From contig CAWJSJ010000002.1 in the NCBI GenBank assembly GCA_963845565.1, positions 1,248,001 through 1,312,000 on the forward strand: a DNA stretch of 64,000 bases, written 5' to 3'. Both the position numbers and the translations under genes were made by a program. The notes under the pieces were generated by a model, which worked only from the letters and a program-made list of their open reading frames with translations, searched no databases and was not told the origin of the DNA. Positions 9,363 to 18,438 of the stretch are shown piece by piece. This DNA is from an uncultured Methylomirabilota bacterium (lineage in GTDB: Bacteria; Methylomirabilota; Methylomirabilia; Methylomirabilales; 2-02-FULL-66-22). The number at the start of each line of letters is the position of its first letter. Position 1 is the first letter of the stretch.

Positions 9363-11306
9363 TCACCGGCGTCGGCGTTTGGGGGCGCCGGTCTTCGGCT
9401 TTGGGGCAAAGGTCAAGAGCCAGCGGTCGGCCCCTGGCGTCAGCCGCCAGGCCTCGCCCAGGTCGTCCGCGCACAGCATCGCCTCTTCTGCGCTGCCGAA
9501 GGCGTAGGAATCCGGGAGCATTTCGGGCATCTCGGCCCTGCCGGTCAGATACTTGGGGACGTGCCGGTTGATCTTGATCGCTTCGCGCAACCGCTCCTGG
9601 GCCGCCGGGCTATCCCCTTTCTGCCGGAATGTCCACAGGGCCCATCCATACTTCCATATCGCGCTCGCGTCGTCCGCATATTGATCGAGCAGGGCGCCCG
9701 CCTCGGTGTTGTGCCCTGTGATGAGCAGTAACGGGAGCAGGACATCCCGGACGCCTTGGTTATCATTGGGATTGAGGCGGAGTAGTTCCTGGTAGTGGCC
9801 GATCGCGTCGTCCGCCCGTTCCATCTCTTGCAGACAGTGCGCAAGCCCCATCCTTGCCCGCATGTAGGGCCGCGTCGTTCCGATTTCCCAGAAATGGCCG
9901 ACCTGATCCCGCATGATGTCTGGTCCGATGGCACGCTCGCCGGCAGCGATCGCCTGCCGGTAAAGATCGAGTGAGGCTTCGGGGGTGACCGCCTCTTCGG
10001 CCAGCAGAACGTAGGCGTCGGCGCAGTCCGGCGACACCTGCAACGCCTTCCGGGCGAGCTGGATCCGCCGTCGCCCGCGCGAATCGAATGCGCGGTACAT
10101 GAGCTCCTGCGCCTTCTCCAGCGGCGTCGTGGCGGTGGACGGCATCGCGTCCGCGGGGCGTCCGACGAAGCGCTCCTGGATCGCCGCGTTCGCCTCCTCC
10201 ACACTCCGGAAATTGGATGCGGCCATGAACCGCTCGATGTCGGTTGTCACGCGTTCCATGGCCCGCCGGTCGGGGATGCGGCCCGGCCGCGTCTTTGGTG
10301 GTGCGTCGAACGGTTCGAGAAGCTCGGGGAGACACAGCGTGACCGTCTTTGGCCCGTCGGAGGTCCGGACCTCCTTGGACCAGCGGCCCTGGTCCATCTC
10401 GTCCTCGCCGGTCGCCGCCAGGGCCAGCAAGAGGCCCTCCAGATCGGCGAGGGTTCCGGCGTCGGGTCGACGGATCTCTCCGCCGGGGCCGAACCAGACC
10501 GCCACGGGATACGCCTGATCGCCGGCCGCCGGGAGGGCGTGTTCCTCCCACAGGTCAGCGTCATGGAGCGACAGATCCATGATGGGGCCGTACAGAACCG
10601 CCCACTTGCCCCGCTGCTCGAAATACTCTTCGGGATCGCGCGCATCGAAGAGGCTTTCGAAGTCTTCCGGCGTCTCGTAAAAACCCAGCCCGAAGGTCTC
10701 CCCTGCACCGCCGAGTACCGTCAGATGGCGGAGGCCCGCGGCGACCGGACTCTCGACATGGACCAGGTCCTCGTCGGACAGATGCCGCCACGGCGCGGCG
10801 CGATAAAAGTCGCTCGCGGCGGCCGCAAAAGCCCGCACGCGGTCAACCGTCACGCCGGCCCCGTCCATCGCGCCCGGCGGGAGCGGCTTTCCGCTCATGT
10901 GTTCGGCGAGGTGAGCCAGGACGTCCTTGAGGGCGGCGAGGTCCTTGGTCACGGACACGGCGATCCCTGCGTTTACCAGTGCGCCGCGCAAGTACGTGGC
11001 CAGCGCCTCGTCGGCGACCTCGATGCGACTCGGCCGGCACCCGGCCAGTTCTCGCTTGAGGCCGAATTCCAGCAGTCCCTCCAACATCAAGGCGGGCGCC
11101 GGAATGCCACCGCTGGAATCCGACTTCTCGTGCACGATCCCTGTACGCAGGCTGACCCAAAAAGCGCCCCAGGGGCGGTACGGCTTCCCGTCCGGTCCAT
11201 TCTCGACCCAGGCAGGGATTCGAACAGCGCCACCCTGCCACACCTCGGCAGGATTCCGGGGGAGTCGAGCGAATCGGGCGAGCATTTCAGGAGGGATAGG
11301 GCTCAT
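9363..11306 (-). CDS. Conserved hypothetical protein with C-terminal TPR region
   Basis: Long ORF with strong coding bias; LARKAL.SPDCADAY...TRPYMRAR...LNPNDNQGVR TPR-like block. Confidence 0.75.
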   Translation of the reverse strand: MSPIPPEMLARFARLPRNPAEVWQGGAVRIPAWVENGPDGKPYRPWGAFWVSLRTGIVHEKSDSSGGIPAPALMLEGLLEFGLKRELAGCRPSRIEVADEALATYLRGALVNAGIAVSVTKDLAALKDVLAHLAEHMSGKPLPPGAMDGAGVTVDRVRAFAAAASDFYRAAPWRHLSDEDLVHVESPVAAGLRHLTVLGGAGETFGLGFYETPEDFESLFDARDPEEYFEQRGKWAVLYGPIMDLSLHDADLWEEHALPAAGDQAYPVAVWFGPGGEIRRPDAGTLADLEGLLLALAATGEDEMDQGRWSKEVRTSDGPKTVTLCLPELLEPFDAPPKTRPGRIPDRRAMERVTTDIERFMAASNFRSVEEANAAIQERFVGRPADAMPSTATTPLEKAQELMYRAFDSRGRRRIQLARKALQVSPDCADAYVLLAEEAVTPEASLDLYRQAIAAGERAIGPDIMRDQVGHFWEIGTTRPYMRARMGLAHCLQEMERADDAIGHYQELLRLNPNDNQGVRDVLLPLLLITGHNTEAGALLDQYADDASAIWKYGWALWTFRQKGDSPAAQERLREAIKINRHVPKYLTGRAEMPEMLPDSYAFGSAEEAMLCADDLGEAWRLTPGADRWLLTFAPKPKTGAPKRRRR

Positions 11307-11384
11307 GGCTGGGCCTCGCATCTGAGTGAGAGAAATCGGCGACCATTCAACGCGCACATATTCCCCGAGCGGAGAGGATTGGGG

Positions 11385-11627
11385 CTACCGCTCGGTGGAG
11401 CCGATGGGGAGGAATCGGATGCGGTAGCGGGACTCTTCGAGCGAAATCACCGCCCCTCGCGCCGGTGCCACGGTTGATTGCGCAAGGACGGTAGCGAGTC
11501 GATCGATGACGTGCAATGCGCGTGTAATACGAAGACGAAAAACGATCACCTGGACAGCATCATGGCCGCCATCGCGAAGCCATCGGACGACGCGAATATC
11601 AACACCCATGTCCGCCAGAAACCTCAT
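11385..11627 (-). pseudogene. DUF5615 / PIN-like toxin with in-frame internal deletion
   Basis: MRFLADM...GHDAV joined directly to VIVFRL; the central LTxDxDF segment is absent; only 80 aa. Confidence 0.75.
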
Positions 11628-11636
11628 GAACTACCC

Positions 11637-11849
11637 TCAGGATACCCGGAGTTCTTCCTGTGCCGGCCAGGTTGCGTATTCAAGGGCTTGTTGGACATCC
11701 TCATGTTCAAGATCCGGGAATCCTAACAGAATCTCCTCGAGTGGTGCCCTGTGGGCCACCTGCCCAACAATAACCGACACAGGGATCCGCATCCCTCGAA
11801 TGCACGCCCGCCCAAAAATCTGTGGGTCAAATGTTATTCGATCAAACAC
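11637..11849 (-). CDS. DUF433 family antitoxin
   Basis: RITFDPQIFGRACIRGMRIPV...FPDLEHEDVQQALEYA. Confidence 0.85.
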   Translation of the reverse strand: MFDRITFDPQIFGRACIRGMRIPVSVIVGQVAHRAPLEEILLGFPDLEHEDVQQALEYATWPAQEELRVS

Positions 11850-12187
11850 CGTAACCCCCTCTTAACGCCTAGGCATGATGACGGCGGCGCGAAGGAGTAT
11901 ACCATAGTGACCTCTCTCCGTCGTACGCTCCGTCTCTGCCGGCGTCAAAGTTCCCTCGAGCCCTTTCGCGAGCAGAAAAGAACCGCAACGCTACCTGGCC
12001 CAACACCTGCTTTGAGTTGCATCGCGGAGCCCCCTGAGCACGCCTCGCCTCCTTCGGTGCAGTGGGCAACCCAAAACGGAGATGCCGTCGCACGCCCTGG
12101 CTAGCGCTGGGGGGTGGGTGTGCCGTATGCTCAGAGCCCTCGCTTGGCACCCTCCGTGAATAGTTTGCTTCCACCACGGGGGCGGGG

Positions 12188-12430
12188 ATGGTCACCGGGG
12201 CGTACAAGCCGCGCAACCCCAAGGCATCAGCCCTCTACCAGTGCGTGCAGACGCATTTCGCCGCATTCGAGGCGAACTACGCCCGCGGTATCAGGCGCAG
12301 TACGGTTTCTATCGCCCAGTGATCAGCCGGTTCGTCGAGAGATTCCTCACCTGTGGTGATTTCACCAAGGGATTCGCGAGGTTCCGCTGCGACACCTGGC
12401 GCCGGCGCCAAAGAACGAATTCCTTTCACC
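12188..12430 (+). mobile_element. IS91-family transposase N-terminal (zinc-binding) fragment, frameshifted, fused directly to element terminus copy C
   Basis: MVTGAYKPRNPKASALYQCV...RYQAQYGFYRPVI...FLTCGDFTKGFARFRCDT, then GCGCCGGCGCCAAAGAACGAATTCCTTTCAC. Confidence 0.85.
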
Positions 12431-12556
12431 CACCTGATCACCCTGATCGCTTTGGAAGCCGCCCTCGCCGCCGAGCAGGTGAAGCTCCCCCGCGGTTCCG
12501 GCGTGGACGCGGCCGCGGCGGTATATTGCGAGGCGGAGAAGTCCTGTAGATCGTAA
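12431..12556 (+). pseudogene. Probable C-terminal fragment of a class V (serine/alanine-glyoxylate) aminotransferase
   Basis: LIALEAAL...PRGSGVDAAAAVY; no start codon. Confidence 0.45.
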
Positions 12557-12857
12557 GAAGGGCGTACGCCGACAGCCACAGCCTGCAAGGAATTGTGGCT
12601 CTATTGGACATGAGGCGCTGAAAGCCACAGCCGGCCTCACCCGCCGTATTCAACAACAGGGTTCGCGAGTACTGCGGGAATGGCCACATCCCAATGCGCA
12701 ATGCCCAAGGCTGTTGCCACCGGGAAACCACAAGAGCGACAGAGCGTCAGGCGTCGCCAGTCGGTTTGGCCATTTGTACCTTGGCATTCGTCGTGCGTTC
12801 CAGGTGCTTCCCGGATCGTGCGTGAACAGTCCGAGCCAATTGCGTCCGAGCCACCTG

Positions 12858-13010
12858 GCCCTTGACATTGTGTTCCTAAGCGTCAGATACTCCCCCCAGC
12901 ACGTTGGGGACCGCCCGCAAGGCGCGGAACGGCCCTTAGTCAGGCTCCCGAAGCGGTGAATCGACCCCGCGTGGCGCCGGCACCCATTGGCAGCTTCGAT
13001 CACCGTTCAC
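12858..13010 (+). mobile_element. IS91-like 3' end copy G with outward promoter, upstream of the Usp gene
   Basis: TTGACA 12862, GATACT 12886 (18-nt spacer), GGCGCCGGCACCC...TTCGATCAC 13003. Confidence 0.6.
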
Positions 13011-13076
13011 GTGCGATCGGTATGTGATCGGATTCTGCCGGGAGAAGCGCACTAGTAGGCAAGAGGAGGGTCCATC

Positions 13077-13568
13077 GTGTACAGGAATATCTTGCTGCCA
13101 ACTGACGGATTGGGAAAATGTAAGTTCGGAACCTGTCACGGTATAGTCCTGGCCAATGAGCTCGGCGCCAAGCTGACAGCGGTTCACATCACAGGCAGGC
13201 TCAGCGCCCGCGAACTCATGGAGGCCTATCACCCGGACGTACTCTCGAAGCCTTCGGAAGGCAAAGCGGCAAAGGCGGCGCTCGCCGAGGCTGAGGAGGC
13301 GAAACGGGAGGTTTCCGAGAGAGCGCTCGAAGTGGCGAAAGAGATGTGCGCTGCATTCAATGTTCCGTGCGAAACGGTGCGAATCGAGGGCGAATCTCCT
13401 GTGGACGGCATCCTTCGCGTCGCGAAGGAGAAGGGTTGCGACCTCATCTTCATTTCAACGCACGGGAAACCCGGTATCGTTGGAAACCTGTTTGGCACCA
13501 TCGCCACGAAGGTGCTCTCAAAATCGAAGATCCCAGTCCTGATTCACCATTGCGGGGGGCCGAACTGA
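13077..13568 (+). CDS. Universal stress protein (Usp family)
   Basis: YRNILLPTDG...CDLIFISTHG...LFGTIATKVL..SKIPVLI; GAGGAGG RBS. Confidence 0.9.
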   Translation: MYRNILLPTDGLGKCKFGTCHGIVLANELGAKLTAVHITGRLSARELMEAYHPDVLSKPSEGKAAKAALAEAEEAKREVSERALEVAKEMCAAFNVPCETVRIEGESPVDGILRVAKEKGCDLIFISTHGKPGIVGNLFGTIATKVLSKSKIPVLIHHCGGPN

Positions 13569-13599
13569 GGGATCGATCCTTCCCATTCTCCCGAGAGAG

Positions 13600-14072
13600 C
13601 GGGTGGGCGCAGGACCCGGGCCAATCCACCGAAGTCTCGGGCGCTGCCGCAAAGCGTGCCTGGGCGCGCCTGATCACGCAGGTGCACGAAGTGGATCCCC
13701 TGGTCTGCCCGCGCTGCGCGGGGGCGATGTGCTCATCGCGTTCGTCGAACAACCCGACGTCATCGCGAAGATCCTGACCCCCTCGGGCTCTGGCCTGCGC
13801 GCAGGCATAGCCCACCCCTCGCCTTGCTCGCCGCGTAGAGGTAGTTCCTGCTGTTCGGCATCCTCCTCGCCGCGGGCGTTCGCTCCCCGTCGCCCCGGCT
13901 CCCTCCGTTCGCCCTTGACACCCGTCCCCGGTGCACCCGATACTCCCGCCCGGCGGCCAAGGATGCGCGCGCGAGTCGCGATTCGGCACCGCCGGCGAGC
14001 TCACGGGACGGCGAGAGCGCAATCCTCGCGCCGGCGCCAAAAGCGAATTCCTTTCACCAATATCCTATCACC
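13600..14072 (+). mobile_element. IS91-family transposase C-terminal remnant plus 3' end copy D
   Basis: WARLITQVHEVDPLVCPRCAGAM.LIAFVEQPDVIAKIL..LGLW (frameshifted); TTGACA 13915, GATACT 13939; CGCGCCGGCGCCAAAAGCGAATTCCTTTCAC 14057. Confidence 0.88.
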
Positions 14073-14211
14073 GTCCGTGATTTCCACGTCGAAGGCGTCG
14101 CCGCCTCCAAACCGGAAGCCGACCCGCCATTGATCGTTGATGCGGATGCTCCACTTCACCGCAAGTTCGGTCGGTTACTTTGACCGATACACTTCAAGCG
14201 AGGGAATTATC

Positions 14212-15330
14212 ATGGACAGGAAGTCAATAGGGGTTCTGTGCGGAATTTTCGTGGCATTTACATTCTTGACGGCTTCACCATCCTTGACTCAAGTTACTCC
14301 GTCAGGCCTGGTTCTCCCCTACAAAGCGGAATACGGGGGAGGCGACGCTTTCACAATCTCCACCTACGCCGGCAGGGCAGGAGTATTCTCAGCAATAAAC
14401 GCGAGAGACGGAAACAACCCATCCGACGCTCTGCTGGCTCAGAGCTATGGCACGGGCAGGGCAGGACTCTTCCAGGTGAATAATGCAGCCAGTTCAGCCG
14501 CAGCGCTGAGTGCTTCCACCGACGGGAAGGGTCCAGCCATACAGGCTAACGGGGCGTTAGCCGGAGCATTCAACGGGATGGTGTATATGAGTGGCCCCCT
14601 GGGAATAGGAACAATGAGACCCCCAGAGATGTTGAGTGTGCAGGGGGGCATGAGTCTGCAATCAGGCATCAAAATTGATCAGGGAAACACGAATAACGGT
14701 ACTCTTGGTCTGGGCGCGATCGTTTTTGGCGCAGGACAAGAGGGAATTTCATCGAAGCGTTCGGCAGGCGGCAACCAGAACGGAATTGATTTCTATACGC
14801 GCAATACGGCTCGCTTGTCGATCACCCCTTCCGGCCATGTGGGCATTGGGACGTCCAGCCCGAATTCCACTTTGGATGTCGCTGGGACGATAACTGTGCC
14901 ATATCTGATAGTAACTCGTGGCATAAGTAAGCCAAGCGGACACTTCAAAATAGATCATCCCCTGGATCCGCTCAACAAGAACCTGTTTCACTCGTTTGTT
15001 GAGAGTCCGGATATGAAGAACATCTATGATGGAATAGCGACCCTGGATTCCAAAGGAGAGGCGGTTGTTGTCCTGCCGGAGTGGTTCGAGGCACTGAACA
15101 GGGATTTTCGATACCAGCTCACCTGTATTGGAGGCAGCGCATTGGTCTTTATTTCGGAGGAAATCAAAAATAATAGCTTTTCCATAGCCGGAGGCAAAGA
15201 GGGCTTGAAAGTATCCTGGCAAGTTACTGGCATCCGAAAGGACCCTTACGCCAATAAGTACAGGGTACAGGTGGAAGAGGAGAAATCCTCTGGTGAGAAA
15301 GGGCGCTATCTCTATCCCGACGCATACTAG
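14212..15330 (+). CDS. Secreted, AT-richer hypothetical protein with tail-fibre-like GIGT repeats and a C-terminal FKIDHP domain
   Basis: N-terminal signal-like segment; GIGT..P...L.V.G repeats; FKIDHPLDP.NK.L.HSFVESPDMKNIYDG. Confidence 0.75.
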   Translation: MDRKSIGVLCGIFVAFTFLTASPSLTQVTPSGLVLPYKAEYGGGDAFTISTYAGRAGVFSAINARDGNNPSDALLAQSYGTGRAGLFQVNNAASSAAALSASTDGKGPAIQANGALAGAFNGMVYMSGPLGIGTMRPPEMLSVQGGMSLQSGIKIDQGNTNNGTLGLGAIVFGAGQEGISSKRSAGGNQNGIDFYTRNTARLSITPSGHVGIGTSSPNSTLDVAGTITVPYLIVTRGISKPSGHFKIDHPLDPLNKNLFHSFVESPDMKNIYDGIATLDSKGEAVVVLPEWFEALNRDFRYQLTCIGGSALVFISEEIKNNSFSIAGGKEGLKVSWQVTGIRKDPYANKYRVQVEEEKSSGEKGRYLYPDAY

Positions 15331-15417
15331 AAAACGGGGCATGGCTGACATCTGTGGATCTTCATAACGCAATACGTCGCATGATCTGTCCGATCATGGT
15401 AAGGCTTTTCGCTATCA

Positions 15418-15660
15418 TGCCCCGCCAGGCCCGGTTGGATGCCCCGGAGACCCTGCACCATGTGATGGTGTGGGGGCCGGAGCGCCACGTCATCTTCCGG
15501 GGTGACATAGACCGGGAGGACAGCCGTCGCTCGGCGTCCACTCGAGTGCGATCCCGAAGGCGGTCCGACGACGGGCACTGGCCGCCGGAGAGTTGCGGTG
15601 CCTCCTCTCGAATGGCGAGGCGTCATAGGATGCAACGTCCCGTATTCCGTCCCGTATTCT
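15418..15660 (+). mobile_element. Internally deleted RAYT / IS200-like Y1 transposase (MITE-like remnant)
   Basis: MPRQARLDAPETLHHVMV.G.ER..IF..D.DRED joined to a C-terminal LGVHSSAIPKAVRR segment; ends ACGTCCCGTATTCC. Confidence 0.75.
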
Positions 15661-15981
15661 GTCGGGAGAAATCGGACTCATGAGTGCTCCTTGCGAGGAC
15701 GGTGGCGTGGCAGTATGAAGCAGTCGTTTCGGATAGGCACGCAACACGCGCGGGCCAAACGACGCCCCCGCGTCGTCTCGACCTTACTCGTCCGATAGGC
15801 CGGACGACTTCGGTGGGCTATGGACTTGCCGCCGTCTTACCAGCTTTCGCGATTTAGAATACAGGAGTGCTTACCCGTACGCCAGTCCTTCACCAGCGGG
15901 AGGGTTGTCCGAACGTAGCGCACCCATCCCCGTCTGACTACGCGCAGTGTTTGGTGAAGAGCACCTCTTCGCCGTTGGCGT

Positions 15982-16293
15982 TTACGGCCAGATCTGCTCC
16001 CAGGCGGAGCGCTGGCGGTCCAGGACGGTGGCCCACCGAGCGTCGATCTTGTCGCTGATCTGCTTACGGTAGTCGGAGTCCAGGAAGCGCTGGAGGGCGG
16101 CCTCGTCCTTGAACTCTATGGCGGAGAGGAGTTGGAAATGGTCCTCACCCAGAATCGCGCGGTAGCGGCGGAAGCTTACCGCCCCAGGGAAGGCGAGGAC
16201 GTCGGGAACGTGGACCTCCTCGTAGAATTTGTTGAACTCCACCTCGATTTCCTTCGGGAGCCGGATCTTCACCATGAAGAGCACAGTGGCCAT
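15982..16293 (-). CDS. EthD / DUF4286-like dimeric alpha-beta barrel protein
   Basis: EFNKFYEEVHVPDVLAFPG..SFRRY. Confidence 0.75.
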   Translation of the reverse strand: MATVLFMVKIRLPKEIEVEFNKFYEEVHVPDVLAFPGAVSFRRYRAILGEDHFQLLSAIEFKDEAALQRFLDSDYRKQISDKIDARWATVLDRQRSAWEQIWP

Positions 16294-16435
16294 TGTTTCG
16301 CCCCTTTCTTCGTTGCCGCTCGCACGTCCGGGCGCGCGGCGGTTTAGAACAGCCGCGCCGGCGCGCGCACTTCAGCTTCTTGGCGATCTCTTCGACCTCG
16401 GCTGGGGTTTTGGCGATGTGGGTACCGACCTTAGG

Positions 16436-17407
16436 CTACTGCGTCTCGAGGCCGAATTCCTTGATCAGTTTCCCGTACTGTTCGAAGGCCGCCTTGGCCC
16501 AGACACGGTATTCCTCGGACGGAAGATACAGGACGGGCTGACCGATGTCCTTCAGGATCTTCACGAACTCGGCGTCCTCGGCGACCTCTTTGAGCTTCTT
16601 GTCCCAATAGGTCACGATCTCCTTCGGCGTGCCCTTGGGAAAGGCCACGCCCTTGACGGAGCCGGCCGTCACCACGTTGTAGCCGAGCTCGCGGAAGGTC
16701 GGCACCTCGGGCAGGGCTGGGTCGCGCCGATCCAGCGCCACGGCCAGGACCCGGAGCCGGTTCGCCTTGATGTGGGGCAGGACGTCGGAGGGCAGCTGGC
16801 CGCTACAGTCGACATGGCCGCCCAGGATCTTGTTGAGGGCATCCGCGCTGCCGGAGCCAGGGATGCTGGTCAGCTTGAAACCGGCCGCCTTGGCGAACAT
16901 CTGCATGGTGATGTCCACGGAGGCCCCCTTGGTGGAGACCGACGCCGTGACGTACTCCTTGGTTTTGGCCCAGGTCACGAACTCGGCCAGCGTCTTGTGG
17001 GGCGAGCTGGCGGGCACCGTCATGATGACCGAATGGATGGAGAGCCGGGGGCCGACCTCGAAATCGTTGAAGACGTCGTAGGGCAGCTTCCGCTGGTGGG
17101 GCACCACCAAGTCTTCCCCCGAGCCCCAGCCGAAGAGCACCGTGTAGCCGTCGGGTCGGGCCCTCACCACGTCCACGCGGCCGGGGATCGCGCCGCCCCC
17201 CGCCTTGTTCACCACCACCAGGGGTTGTGGAAAATACTTCGGGCCGAACTGCGCCAGGGCCCGGGCCAAGAGGTCAGTCGAGCCGCCCGCCGCGTACGGC
17301 ATGATGAGCTGAATCGGCTTGTCGGGGTACGCGGCCTCCGCAGAGGCGGGAACTACCCCCGCAACGGCCAGGATAACGAAACCGAGCGCCCAGATCGTGC
17401 GCTTCAT
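16436..17407 (-). CDS. tctC: Tripartite tricarboxylate transporter substrate-binding protein (Bug/TctC)
   Basis: Signal peptide, YPDKPIQLIMPYAAGGSTDLLAR, PDGYT, LPEVPTFRELG. Confidence 0.92.
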   Translation of the reverse strand: MKRTIWALGFVILAVAGVVPASAEAAYPDKPIQLIMPYAAGGSTDLLARALAQFGPKYFPQPLVVVNKAGGGAIPGRVDVVRARPDGYTVLFGWGSGEDLVVPHQRKLPYDVFNDFEVGPRLSIHSVIMTVPASSPHKTLAEFVTWAKTKEYVTASVSTKGASVDITMQMFAKAAGFKLTSIPGSGSADALNKILGGHVDCSGQLPSDVLPHIKANRLRVLAVALDRRDPALPEVPTFRELGYNVVTAGSVKGVAFPKGTPKEIVTYWDKKLKEVAEDAEFVKILKDIGQPVLYLPSEEYRVWAKAAFEQYGKLIKEFGLETQ

Positions 17408-17468
17408 GACTCTTCCTCCGTGTGGCGGGTATTTGCGAAGGGTGCAGCCCCTTCCACAGCATGCAGGT

Positions 17469-18353
17469 CTATGCCGACGCTCCCGACAGCCGGCGCGCCA
17501 GCGTACCGATCTCGGCGGGGATCTTGGCGATGAGGGCGCCGGCCTTCTCCAGGGCGGCGACCTTGCTCTGGACGCTGCCCATGCCGCGCTGGACGATCGC
17601 CCCGGCGTGGCCCATACGTTTGCCTTCCGGGGTGTTGCGCCCGGCGATGTAGGCGATGACGGGCTTCTTGAAGTCCTTTGCGATGTAGTCCGCCGCCAGT
17701 TCTTCCTGGATGCCGCCCACCTCGCCGACGATCGTGACGAAGTCGGTTCCCGGATCGGCGGCGAAGAACTTCAGGATGTCCGCCAGATCGGTCAGGACAA
17801 CGGGGTCCGCGCCCATGCCGACGACTGTGCTGGGCGCCGTCCCGGCTTTGGCCAGGATTCCGCCGACCTCATAGGCCAGGGTGCCGCTGCGCGAAATGAC
17901 GCCGGCCCGGCCGCCTACCTTGGGGAATAGGTTCCCCGGGATGATGCCCATCTTGGCCTCGCCCACGGTCAGGATGCCGGGGGTGGTAGGGCCGAGGAGC
18001 GTGGCCCCGACCTTCCGCGCCTCGGCCCGCATCTCCATGGTGTCATGAACGGGGACGTGCTCGGTTACCACTACGACCAGCTTGATCCCGGCTTCCAGCG
18101 TCTCGAAGACCGTGTCCTTGACGGCGCGGGCCGGGACGAAGAAGACGGAGGCCTCCGCCCCGGTCTCCTTCACCGCCTCGGCCACGCCGTCGAAGACGGG
18201 GACGCCCTCGACGGTGGCGCCGCCCCGCCCGGGGGTGACGCCGGCCACGATGGTCGTGCCGTATTCTTTCATCCACTTGGTCTGGGCCTGGCCGATCTTT
18301 CCGGTGATGCCCTGGACCAGGACGCGGGTGGTCTTGTTCAGAAGGATACTCAT
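17469..18353 (-). CDS. sucD: Succinate-CoA ligase-like (ADP-forming acyl-CoA synthetase) alpha subunit
   Basis: VLVQGITG, VAGVTPG, SRSGTL, GKRMGHAGA phospho-His motif. Confidence 0.88.
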   Translation of the reverse strand: MSILLNKTTRVLVQGITGKIGQAQTKWMKEYGTTIVAGVTPGRGGATVEGVPVFDGVAEAVKETGAEASVFFVPARAVKDTVFETLEAGIKLVVVVTEHVPVHDTMEMRAEARKVGATLLGPTTPGILTVGEAKMGIIPGNLFPKVGGRAGVISRSGTLAYEVGGILAKAGTAPSTVVGMGADPVVLTDLADILKFFAADPGTDFVTIVGEVGGIQEELAADYIAKDFKKPVIAYIAGRNTPEGKRMGHAGAIVQRGMGSVQSKVAALEKAGALIAKIPAEIGTLARRLSGASA

Positions 18354-18438
18354 GAGCCATTCCTTCCAGTGAGGGCGATGATGGACGATGGAGGATAGAC
18401 CATGAAGGGCCGCTGATTTCGTCTATCATCCACCATGG

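Noticed and set aside
14095..14125. Eighth element end (CGCCGCCTCCAAACC)
   Set aside because: Match of about 12 nt only, with no promoter or terminal TCAC.
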